Assembly: GCF_000829315.1 (NCBI RefSeq)
Contig: NZ_AP013028.1
Location: forward strand, 1,140,001 to 1,172,000
DNA: 32,000 nt
Direction of reading: 5' to 3'
From: Wolbachia endosymbiont of Cimex lectularius
Lineage (GTDB): Bacteria > Pseudomonadota > Alphaproteobacteria > Rickettsiales > Anaplasmataceae
The notes under the pieces are model-generated. The model saw only the letters and a program-made list of their open reading frames with translations. It ran no database searches and was not told where the DNA came from. The position numbers and the translations under genes were made by a program. Of this stretch, positions 8,513 through 16,430 are shown piece after piece. Position 1 is the stretch's first letter; every line of letters begins with the position of its first letter.

Positions 8513-9373
8513 GAACCTGTTTAAAATCTTCGTAACAGGAGAGAAATGAAGGAGAGGACTATCATCTGTAAGCTAGTGTTGAGCTTCCGCTCGCAATTTT
8601 TCCACAATCGCCTGCACTTTTCTAACCAGGCAAAAGAGCGTTCAACAACCCATCTTTTTGGCAATACGACGAAAGTGTGTAACTCACTTCGCTTTATTAC
8701 TTCAACAGTCGCACCAATGATAGCTTTTATTTGTGTTGCAAAATTTTCTCCTGTGTAGCCAGCATCAACCAGTATGTTTTTAACTTCAGAGAGGTTTGCT
8801 TTAGCATTTTCGACCATTTTCACAGCACTGCTACGGTCAGTTGCTTCTGCCGTTGTTACATAAATTGCATGTGGCAAACCTTGTGTATCAACTGCAATAT
8901 GGCGCTTTATCCCTGAAATCTTTTTACCTGCATCATAGCCTTTTTTTTTCAGCAGTATCTGCGTTTTTAACGCTTTGAGAATCAATTATACAAAAGCTAG
9001 TTTTCTCTTTCCGACCATTGCTGATACGGACCTCTCCAACTAATTTTTTTTAAGACTAATTCCAACAAGCTTGGCTCTTCTCCATTCTTTTTACTCCACA
9101 CTCGAAAATAGTAATATACGCTTTCCCATCTTGGAAAACCCTTTGGTAACATCCTCCACTGACAACCACTTTTTAAGACGTACAACACCCCACAAAATAC
9201 GTCATACAAATCAAGTTTTCTTGGTTTTGTTTTCTGCTTGCTACTCTCCAAAATTGGCCTGATTTTTTCAAACTGCTCTTGACTTATATTACTTGGATAA
9301 CTTTTCTGCATAGACACCTCATTATTAATCTATGCTTACTTTACCTCACATTTCCAAGATTTTAAACAGGTTC
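8513..9373 (-). mobile_element. IS5-family insertion sequence, copy 1 (861 bp; ISWpi1-like by recollection)
   Basis: Perfect 18-bp terminal inverted repeats GAACCTGTTTAAAATCTT (8513-8530 and 9356-9373). Direct TTA duplication at 8510-8512 and 9374-9376. Internal DDE transposase frames. Confidence 0.92.
8521..9317 (-). pseudogene. IS5-family DDE transposase of copy 1; the orfB frame is additionally broken by a 1-nt expansion of a homopolymer
   Basis: orfA (8997..9317, 106 aa) is identical to the other copies. The coding-strand A-run at 8941-8949 is A9 here versus A8 in copies 2 and 3. The frame that encodes IIDSQSVKNADTAEKK therefore ends as ...AEKKRL-stop, separated from GYDAGKKISGIKRHIAVD. 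Confidence 0.75.
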
Positions 9374-9415
9374 TTACGCTCAGGTATAGTTTACTATTAA
9401 TAAGGGGTAGTTGCC

Positions 9416-10174
9416 ATGAATAGAGAGAAAGCTTTAGAAATTTTGGGAATAGCAAATGATCTTTCTAATCCTGACATTGTTTATCAAGTTAAACAACAAC
9501 TTGAGGGATTGCATAATGATAATACAGGGAAACTCTCAGAGAAAATAGAAGCATGCAAATTGCTTACTAAAAGTCAACCAGAGGTTTTCTCGAATTTTGT
9601 AATATCGGTTATCAAAGATAATAAGCCAGACTTTTTGGAGTTGTTATTAAAAACAGTAAAAAATGATGATAAGTTTAATTATTTGAATACAGAGAGCGTA
9701 GATGGTGAAAGACCATTAAGCTTTGCACTTGGAAATGATAAATGGAGTAAAGAAGTTAAAGTTGTAAATTTACTGTTGGAACATGGTGCTAGCGCTCATA
9801 CAAGAGGTAAGGGAGACAAGTCAGTATTCCATTATATTTTCGATGGTTATGGTGATTTTGATTGCTATGAAGGTATAGTAAAATCACTTCTGGATAAAGG
9901 TGTTAGTCCTAATATACAGGATGATCGAGGTAGGGCGCCGTTGCATTACTTGTGTGAACACGGCTATCGCAAGGGTAGTGTTGAAATTGTAAAATTGCTT
10001 TTGAGGAGAGGTGCTGATCCAGACCTGAAGGATAAAGATGGCAAGAAACCAGTAGATCTTGTTAATTCTGGCAGTGATGTTGGAGAAATGTTTGGTGCTA
10101 TTAACTATGAGAAAGCAGCTATACTCGGGATTGCTGCACTATTAGCTACGGTGTGCAGTATTGCTTTGGTTTAA
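9416..10174 (+). CDS. Ankyrin-repeat protein with a C-terminal hydrophobic segment
   Basis: 252 aa. ANK-like repeats (GERPLSFALGNDKWSKEVKVVNLLLEHGAS, RGRAPLHYLCEHGYRKGSVEIVKLLLRRGADPD, DGKKPVDLV). C-terminal AAILGIAALLATVCSIALV. Confidence 0.8.
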   Translation: MNREKALEILGIANDLSNPDIVYQVKQQLEGLHNDNTGKLSEKIEACKLLTKSQPEVFSNFVISVIKDNKPDFLELLLKTVKNDDKFNYLNTESVDGERPLSFALGNDKWSKEVKVVNLLLEHGASAHTRGKGDKSVFHYIFDGYGDFDCYEGIVKSLLDKGVSPNIQDDRGRAPLHYLCEHGYRKGSVEIVKLLLRRGADPDLKDKDGKKPVDLVNSGSDVGEMFGAINYEKAAILGIAALLATVCSIALV

Positions 10175-10367
10175 TCTAGCTATGAGCATTAGTATCAACA
10201 TAGCCCAAATTTCGTGTTTTGCTTTTGCAGCAGTTATGGCCACTGCTTTATTATGTTGTGCGTGTTACGCAATAAAAACTCTATTTTTTTCACCAGGACC
10301 ATCGTCTGAGTTTACTGAAGCTAGGGCAGAGTTTCTTAATAGTCAGAAAATCGCAGGAACAGTATAG
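10161..10367 (+). CDS. Small hydrophobic ORF, probably the frame-shifted second TM/tail of the preceding ankyrin gene
   Basis: Starts at TTG and overlaps the ANK stop by 14 nt. Encodes ISCFAFAAVMATALLCCACYAI, which matches the two-TM tail architecture of the ANK gene at 20271..20777. Confidence 0.4.
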   Translation: MLWFNLAMSISINIAQISCFAFAAVMATALLCCACYAIKTLFFSPGPSSEFTEARAEFLNSQKIAGTV

Positions 10368-10388
10368 GAGTAATTTGTACCCAACGTC

Positions 10389-10616
10389 CACAACTGTACG
10401 AATATTGTGATTTGAGCCTACCACTAGGGTGTCATGCAAGTAGCTGGCACTGGCATCCAGGAATTTTATTAAGTTGGTGAGTATAAAAGTAGCTGTTTTA
10501 TGTTAAAATACGACGTTTTGATGATTATAGAAAGGCTGGATCCCAGTGTCGGAGCACTGGGATGACACCGTCTGTTACGCAAATTACCTGCTAATTGCAA
10601 TGTTCGTACAGTTGTG
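10389..10616. mobile_element. MITE-like non-autonomous element (228 bp) with terminal inverted repeats and a target-site duplication
   Basis: Left end CACAACTGTACGAATATTG. The right end reverse-complements to CACAACTGTACGAACATTG (18/19). Direct repeat CCAACGTC at 10381-10388 and 10617-10624. The interior is an extended imperfect palindrome with no ORF. Confidence 0.65.
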
Positions 10617-10632
10617 CCAACGTCCAAGTAGC

Positions 10633-10765
10633 TTAGCTGTACGAGGGTTGTAATATGTAAACGATGTCGTTCCAGCGCGTGACGCTGGAATCTAGGAATT
10701 TTATCGAGTAGGTGAGCATAAAAGTTATGTTAAAATGCACCATTTTTATGGAAAGCTGGATCCCA
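10633..10765. repeat. Second, partial copy of the MITE-like/palindromic element
   Basis: GCTGTACGAGGGTTGTAAT resembles the left TIR. CTAGGAATTTTATCGAGTAGGTGAGCATAAAAGT...TATGTTAAAATGC...GAAAGCTGGATCCCAG parallels 10458-10545. Contains the palindrome TCCAGCGCGTGACGCTGGA. Confidence 0.55.
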
Positions 10766-10770
10766 GATAC

Positions 10771-11106
10771 AAGGCAAAAGAAGCCCCGTGGTAGCTAGTT
10801 ATTCACTATCTATCTTATAACATTGGCGTTTTTGATGTCTTAAACGACTTATAAGCGCGTTTCAGCTTGTATAGGTAAAAAAACAGAAGTTTTAAAAAGA
10901 CATGCAATGCACATAGTGCGAAAAATTAAACATGAGACGGCAAATATGCTAAGTTTTTTTGTCATTTAATCTGCACAGACTGAAGATAAATAATAACTCC
11001 AGTCTCATTATAAGGGGGTTGAAGGAATTTGTCAAGTAGTTTTTTTTGTTTCCATTGAATATATGCTTGGCGCTGCCAAAACTGATTTGTTATGCGAGAG
11101 ATCTAG
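10771..11106 (-). repeat. R element copy R2 (inverted orientation, one subunit only)
   Basis: The reverse complement aligns with R1, R3 and R4 from the head (TAGATCTCTCGCATAACAAATCAG...) through the promoter, the GCACTATGTGCA block and CAAGCTGAAACGCGCTTATAAGTCGTTTAAGAC to GGGGCTTCTTTTGCC. Confidence 0.8.
11007..11035 (-). promoter_or_regulatory. Predicted sigma70 promoter inside R2 with full consensus (TTGACA-N17-TATAAT), firing leftward, away from the folate operon
   Basis: The minus strand reads TTGACA (11035-11030), then 17 nt AATTCCTTCAACCCCCT, then TATAAT (11012-11007). Confidence 0.6.
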
Positions 11107-11127
11107 TGAAAATCGGCATAATATCTC

Positions 11128-11156
11128 TTGACATCTAATAAGTCTATGAATAGTAT
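11128..11156 (+). promoter_or_regulatory. Candidate promoter of the folate operon (TTGACA-N17-TAGTAT)
   Basis: TTGACA at 11128-11133, 17-nt spacer, TAGTAT at 11151-11156. AAGGAG at 11178-11183 lies 8 nt before the ATG at 11192. Confidence 0.45.
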
Positions 11157-11191
11157 GAAATAGTTTTGTGTTAACTTAAGGAGTTATTATA

Positions 11192-11848
11192 ATGTTTATT
11201 CAATTACTTAATAGAGAACTAGATAGTTTGCATTTATTAAAACATCAGTTTTACCAATCATGGAATGAAGGAAATTTGAGTCTTGAAGCCCTACAAATTT
11301 ACGCTAAGGAATATTATCATCATGTTGCCGCATTTCCTCGTTATATTAGTGGTATACATTCTTTGTGCCCAAATCTGAAAATGCGACAAGTTTTGCTTGG
11401 TAATTTAATAGAAGAAGAACAAGGCGATGAAAACCATCCAGAGTTATGGCAACGTTTTGCTGAAGGGCTTGGTGTCTCACGATCCGATCTTCGTGAAGAT
11501 GCACAAATTAACGAGACACAAGAATTAGTTGATGGTTACTTTGATATTGTACGATCAGGCTTTGCAATGGGTCTTGGAGCTCTTTATGCTTATGAACGTC
11601 AAACTCCAGAGGTTTCTAAGTCTAAAATTGAAGGTCTGAAAAAGCATTATTCAATAGATGATGAGCGCTCTCTCCAATTTTTTACTGTTCACATGGATGC
11701 TGATGAATGGCACTCTGAGGAGTGTGCAAACCTTATTGCGGATTTAAATGAAGAAGAACAAGGGAAAGTTATGCAAGGTGCTAAAAAAGGAGCAAAGCTT
11801 TTATGGGGTTTTCTTGATGGAATGATGAACGCATATGCACATTGCTGA
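11192..11848 (+). CDS. CADD / PqqC-like haem-oxygenase-fold di-metal protein (CT610/NE1434-type pABA synthase candidate)
   Basis: 218 aa. LLKHQFYQSWNEGNLSLEALQIYAKEYYHHVAAFPRYIS, NLIEEEQGDENHPELWQRFAEGLG and DADEWHSEE resemble the TENA/THI-4/PqqC-CADD family. It is the first gene of a folate operon. Confidence 0.75.
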   Translation: MFIQLLNRELDSLHLLKHQFYQSWNEGNLSLEALQIYAKEYYHHVAAFPRYISGIHSLCPNLKMRQVLLGNLIEEEQGDENHPELWQRFAEGLGVSRSDLREDAQINETQELVDGYFDIVRSGFAMGLGALYAYERQTPEVSKSKIEGLKKHYSIDDERSLQFFTVHMDADEWHSEECANLIADLNEEEQGKVMQGAKKGAKLLWGFLDGMMNAYAHC

Positions 11849-11940
11849 GGGGTTTTCATCAATAAAGGGGGAAAATTTCTCTTGAGTAATTTGGTAAACT
11901 TCAGAAACATGTGGGTTTTTGTAAGCTAGAGAGTATAAAG

Positions 11941-12354
11941 ATGGGACTAGGTACAAAACTGTTATGTAACCTCCTTATCCAGGATTTACGGCTTTGGGTT
12001 CATTTAGGCTGTAGTACAGAAGAGAAGTTTCATTCCCAATTAGTGAGTATTAATGTTGATTTTACCTTTAAGTCTCCTCCTGTAGGGCTTATAACTGATC
12101 GGCTTGAAGACACTATCTGCTATCTGGAGGTAGTGCAGAGTATACAATCGCTTGCTCGAAGCAAGCAATTCAATTTAATCGAGCGTTTCACTCATGATGT
12201 ATATGTAACCATTAGTAACCTTTTGATGCAGAAAAGGCATATTATTTCTTCTATAAGAGTGACTACTCACAAAGTTGCACCACCCGTTCCCGATGTACAT
12301 GGGGGTGTTCTCTTCACCTATTACAATGCACTGCAAGAACAGGAAGATAACTAA
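11941..12354 (+). CDS. folB: Dihydroneopterin aldolase/epimerase (FolB/FolX family)
   Basis: The ORF track begins at GTG 11911; ATG 11941 gives a 137-aa protein of typical FolB size. IQDLRLWVHLGCSTEEK, ICYLEVVQSI and LIERFTHDV match the FolB pattern. The stop overlaps the next start (TAATG). Confidence 0.75.
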   Translation: MGLGTKLLCNLLIQDLRLWVHLGCSTEEKFHSQLVSINVDFTFKSPPVGLITDRLEDTICYLEVVQSIQSLARSKQFNLIERFTHDVYVTISNLLMQKRHIISSIRVTTHKVAPPVPDVHGGVLFTYYNALQEQEDN

Positions 12355-13652
12355 TGATTTATATTTCTATTGGCTCAAATATAGGAAATCGCCTTTCTAA
12401 TTTACAAAAGGCTGCTCAGTTACTAAAGGAGCGCTATTTTAAAGATCTAAAATCTTCGATTGTCTTAGAAACTAAGGCTATTTTACCAAATGGTGCTCCA
12501 ATTGAGTGGGACAAGCCATTTTTTAACATGGTTGTGTATGGAAATTGCTCTGTTTCTCCTGAAGAGTTATTAAAGGGCCTAAAACAAATCGAATGTGACA
12601 TTGGTCGTCCACAGATTCATGAAAAGTGGGCACCTCGTATTATCGACTTGGATATTTTATTATGGGATGATTTGACACTCGATACACCCTACCTTAAGGT
12701 TCCTCACCCAGAATTGTTGAGCAGACCATTTTTGCTTCACTTGATGGCAATGCTCAGCCCCATGGGTGATATTCCAACGACCAACAAAACGTTTGGTACT
12801 GTTGCTCACAACACTCCTAGCGTTCAAGACTGCTTTTTAAAGAGTTTTACGCTTTCACCAGAGCTTGTGGGAATTGTCAACGTCACTCCTGATTCATTTT
12901 CAGATGGTGGTCTCTATTATGAGACAGATCAAGCAACTAAGCAGGCATTGCAACTGGTATCAGATGGTGCAAGCGTAGTTGATCTTGGTGCTCAATCAAC
13001 AAGGCCTAGATCTTCGATGCAAACCCCAGAGGAGGAATATGCACGTTTAAAACCAGTACTTGATAATCTTAGTCATTATATGAAAGCTGGCGATATTAAA
13101 GTCAGTATTGATAGTTTCTGGCCGGATGTTATTTTAAAAGCTTTGGAATATTACAACATTGCTTGGATAAACGATGTTAAAGGAGATCTAGATGATAATA
13201 CCTTAAAAGCAATTGCTAGCGGTGAGTGTAGCATCGTTATTATGCATTCACTTTCCATACCACCACATAAAGACAACATTATTCCAGGTAACACTGACCC
13301 CATCAATACCATAAATCACTGGGCAGAGAAAAGCGTTGATAGATTACTAGCTCTAGGTTTTAATAAAAGCTCAATAATTATTGATCCTGGTATAGGTTTT
13401 GGAAAATCCCTATATCAGAATATCTGGATTTTGCGCAATATAGAAGCATTGCAAAGTTTCGGCTGCAAGGTTCTAGTGGGTCATTCTAGAAAGTCATTTA
13501 TTTCTTCTTTTTCTTCAGAATCTGCCTTTAACCGAGATTTAGAAACAATTTCTATGTCATCTGTATTACACAATAAGGTTGATTTCCTTCGAGTGCATAA
13601 TGTGCGCGATCACATGCGATTTTTTGTAGCCCAAGCTGCCTTACAGGGATGA
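12354..13652 (+). CDS. folKP: Bifunctional HPPK / dihydropteroate synthase (FolK-FolP fusion)
   Basis: 432 aa. The N-terminal half carries HPPK motifs (IGSNIGNR, PRIIDLDILLWD, VPHPEL). The C-terminal half carries DHPS motifs (GIVNVTPDSFSDGG, DLGAQSTRP, IIIDPGIGFGK, VGHSRKSF). Confidence 0.9.
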   Translation: MIYISIGSNIGNRLSNLQKAAQLLKERYFKDLKSSIVLETKAILPNGAPIEWDKPFFNMVVYGNCSVSPEELLKGLKQIECDIGRPQIHEKWAPRIIDLDILLWDDLTLDTPYLKVPHPELLSRPFLLHLMAMLSPMGDIPTTNKTFGTVAHNTPSVQDCFLKSFTLSPELVGIVNVTPDSFSDGGLYYETDQATKQALQLVSDGASVVDLGAQSTRPRSSMQTPEEEYARLKPVLDNLSHYMKAGDIKVSIDSFWPDVILKALEYYNIAWINDVKGDLDDNTLKAIASGECSIVIMHSLSIPPHKDNIIPGNTDPINTINHWAEKSVDRLLALGFNKSSIIIDPGIGFGKSLYQNIWILRNIEALQSFGCKVLVGHSRKSFISSFSSESAFNRDLETISMSSVLHNKVDFLRVHNVRDHMRFFVAQAALQG

Positions 13653-14143
13653 TGATTATCGGAGTTATGGCCGTTGATCCAAACGGGGTAATTGGAATAA
13701 ATAATGGATTGCCCTGGCATTATCCAAGTGAGCTGGAGCATTTTCGCCAGGTGACTGACAAACAAGTTATAGTTATGGGAAGAAAGACATTTGAAACCAT
13801 GCCTCAAAGCATATTGAAGGATCGTGTTCCTGTTGTTTTTTCTCGTAACAAGCTAAGTTTGTGTTTTAATAGAGGTATAAAATGTACTGTTGTTTCTTCT
13901 ATGCAAGAATTTCTATCAATTCAGAATAGTTGGAATTACTCCAAAATCTTCATGGTTGGTGGAGCACAGATAGCGCACCTTTTTTTAGAGCATAATCTAA
14001 TCTCAGAATTTATCATAACAGAAATCCACAAACCTTATAAAGGTGAAGTATATTTCAACTTAGCACTCCTTGATGGGTGGAATAAAACTATTCTCACCGA
14101 AACAAAAGATTATACTATATGCAGGCTAATATATGCAAGTTGA
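13649..14143 (+). CDS. folA: Dihydrofolate reductase
   Basis: 164 aa. GLPWHYPSELEHFRQVT, VIVMGRKTFE and MVGGAQI motifs. ATGA overlap with folKP. Confidence 0.88.
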   Translation: MMIIGVMAVDPNGVIGINNGLPWHYPSELEHFRQVTDKQVIVMGRKTFETMPQSILKDRVPVVFSRNKLSLCFNRGIKCTVVSSMQEFLSIQNSWNYSKIFMVGGAQIAHLFLEHNLISEFIITEIHKPYKGEVYFNLALLDGWNKTILTETKDYTICRLIYAS

Positions 14144-14876
14144 AGCAATTTACACCCACCGCGTTGAATGCGGTGAAACATTAGAGAAGATTCTTGATCG
14201 CTATGTTTCAAAATTATTGAGGGAGGAGGTTGTGCTTGCTATCACATCAAAAATCATTTCCGTTTGCCAAAAGCAAGTAGTTCACAAAACTGCCTGCTCT
14301 AAAGAAGAGCTGGTTAAAAGAGAAGCTGATGCGGTTGTTGATGTAGATTGCAATCCACATGGCATCTATTTGACAATTAAAGATGATATTTTAATTCCAT
14401 CTGCCGGCATTGACGAATCAAACGGTGATGAGGTGTATATTCTATATCCAAAAGATGTTCAGAAAACAGCTATATCAGTATGGAACTACCTAAGGACAAA
14501 ATTCTGCATAAAGCATCTTGGTATTTTGATTACAGATAGCAATATAGCACCTATGCGCCTTGGGGTTACAGGAATTGCTCTTGGTTGGTGTGGATTTGAG
14601 CAGCTTTATTCCTATGTAGGCAAGCCAGATCTTTATAGTAGGCCACTCCAGGTAACACAAATCAATCTTCTTGATGCGCTGGCAGCATCCGCTGTTTTAG
14701 TCATGGGAGAAGGGGCAGAACAAACGCCAATGGCAGTCATTAGAGATGTACCAAAAATCCGCTTCCTTACTCGTCCACCGACTATAGAAGAAGAGAGAAG
14801 TGTTAAGATATCGGTGGAAGAGGACCTTTATTCTCCTCTACTCATGAAAGCCCGATGGTTGAAGAACGTGGGATAA
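14133..14876 (+). CDS. CofE-like (F420-0:gamma-glutamyl ligase family, COG1478) protein; candidate non-canonical folylpolyglutamate/dihydrofolate synthase (FolC2, CT611-type)
   Basis: 247 aa. ITSKIISVCQ, LIPSAGIDESNG, ILITDSN and GIALGWCGF resemble the CofE family. Overlaps folA by 11 nt as the last gene of the operon. Confidence 0.7.
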   Translation: MQVEAIYTHRVECGETLEKILDRYVSKLLREEVVLAITSKIISVCQKQVVHKTACSKEELVKREADAVVDVDCNPHGIYLTIKDDILIPSAGIDESNGDEVYILYPKDVQKTAISVWNYLRTKFCIKHLGILITDSNIAPMRLGVTGIALGWCGFEQLYSYVGKPDLYSRPLQVTQINLLDALAASAVLVMGEGAEQTPMAVIRDVPKIRFLTRPPTIEEERSVKISVEEDLYSPLLMKARWLKNVG

Positions 14877-14923
14877 ATTTATAAAGCTAGAGCATGCAGC
14901 CTAACTTTTCCTTTTATATCATA

Positions 14924-15425
14924 CGTTAGATCTCTTGCACAGCAAACCAATTTTGACACGCCATAAAACAAAAAAAACTACTTGACAAATTCTTTCAACC
15001 CCCTCATAATGAGATTGAGGCTATTATTTATCTTCAGTCTGTGCAGATAAAACGACAAAAAACTCAATGTATTTGGCGTCTCATGTTTAATTTTTTGCAC
15101 TATGTGCACTCCATGTCTTTATAAAACTTCTAGGTTTTTACCTAATATAAGCTAAAATGCGCTTGCTAAAGCATTTAAGACAATAAAAAACGCCAATTTA
15201 AAAGATAGATAGTGGATAACTAGCTAGCGGGGTTTCTTTTGCCTTTTGTCTGTTTAGTAAATTTCTTAACGTTTAAATTTAGATCAGTTGCGGTTTAAAA
15301 GCAGCTAGATTAGACGTTTAGAATAAAAAAACGCCAATTTATAAAGTTAATATAAATAACTAGCCACCAACGGGGCTCCTTTTGCTTTTTTTTCTATTTA
15401 ATAAATTTCTTAAATATTTATAACT
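14924..15425 (+). repeat. R element copy R3 (two ~141-bp subunits), directly upstream of the terminase start
   Basis: Aligns with R1, R2 and R4. Subunits begin near 15171 and 15313. A short palindromic element (15436-15490) follows and runs into the terminase RBS. Confidence 0.8.
14982..15010 (+). promoter_or_regulatory. Predicted sigma70 promoter inside R3 (TTGACA-N17-CATAAT)
   Basis: TTGACA at 14982-14987, 17-nt spacer AATTCTTTCAACCCCCT, CATAAT at 15005-15010. Confidence 0.55.
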
Positions 15426-15570
15426 AAAGTAGTATCTTGGATTCCAGTGTCCGCTACTTGGATGACAAGAAAAGGCTACTTGGATAACAGGAGGCTAATA
15501 TGGAAAACATAAACTTTCTAAAATTCATTGAGTTATGCTTTAAAACAGTGATGCCGGGGTGTGAGTATAA

Positions 15571-16430
15571 GAACCTGTTTAAAATCTTCGTAACAGGAGA
15601 GAAATGAAGGAGAGGACTATCATCTGTAAGCTAGTGTTGAGCTTCCGCTCGCAATTTTTCCACAATCGCCTGCACTTTTCTAACCAGGCAAAAGAGCGTT
15701 CAACAACCCATCTTTTTGGCAATACGACGAAAGTGTGTAACTCACTTCGCTTTATTACTTCAACAGTCGCACCAATGATAGCTTTTATTTGTGTTGCAAA
15801 ATTTTCTCCTGTGTAGCCAGCATCAACCAGTATGTTTTTAACTTCAGAGAGGTTTGCTTTAGCATTTTCGACCATTTTCACAGCACTGCTACGGTCAGTT
15901 GCTTCTGCCGTTGTTACATAAATTGCATGTGGCAAACCTTGTGTATCAACTGCAATATGGCGCTTTATCCCTGAAATCTTTTTACCTGCATCATAGCCTT
16001 TTTTTTCAGCAGTATCTGCGTTTTTAACGCTTTGAGAATCAATTATACAAAAGCTAGTTTTCTCTTTCCGACCATTGCTGATACGGACCTCTCCAACTAA
16101 TTTTTTTTAAGACTAATTCCAACAAGCTTGGCTCTTCTCCATTCTTTTTACTCCACACTCGAAAATAGTAATATACGCTTTCCCATCTTGGAAAACCCTT
16201 TGGTAACATCCTCCACTGACAACCACTTTTTAAGACGTACAACACCCCACAAAATACGTCATACAAATCAAGTTTTCTTGGTTTTGTTTTCTGCTTGCTA
16301 CTCTCCAAAATTGGCCTGATTTTTTCAAACTGCTCTTGACTTATATTACTTGGATAACTTTTCTGCATAGACACCTCATTATTAATCTATGCTTACTTTA
16401 CCTCACATTTCCAAGATTTTAAACAGGTTC
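15571..16430 (-). mobile_element. IS5-family insertion sequence, copy 2 (860 bp), inserted in codon 24 of the terminase gene
   Basis: The same 18-bp terminal inverted repeats. TAA duplication at 15568-15570 and 16431-16433. Confidence 0.92.
15579..16374 (-). CDS. IS5-family DDE transposase (orfA 16054..16374 plus orfB frame to 15579); the fusion needs a +1 change of frame at an A8 run
   Basis: orfA reads ...LVLKKISWRG...EREN-stop. The +1 frame from the A8 run (T8 on the plus strand, 16101-16108) reads LVGEVRISNGRKEKTSFCIIDSQSVKNADTAEKKGYDAGKKISGIKRHIAVD...LVDAGY...VVERSFAWL with no stop to 15579. This gives the full D, D, E triad regions. Confidence 0.8.

Noticed and set aside
8546-9262. Plus-strand ORFs of 61-70 aa inside each IS copy (8546..8758, 8731..8916, 9071..9262 and their equivalents in copies 2 and 3)
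   Set aside because: They are antisense shadows of the transposase frames, Cys/Phe-rich with low-complexity composition and no RBS.
8513-16430. IS copies 1 and 2 as the arms of a composite transposon carrying the ANK gene and the folate operon
   Set aside because: Each copy has its own matching 3-bp duplication (TTA/TTA and TAA/TAA). This indicates two independent insertions rather than a single composite transposition. They could still mediate homologous recombination.
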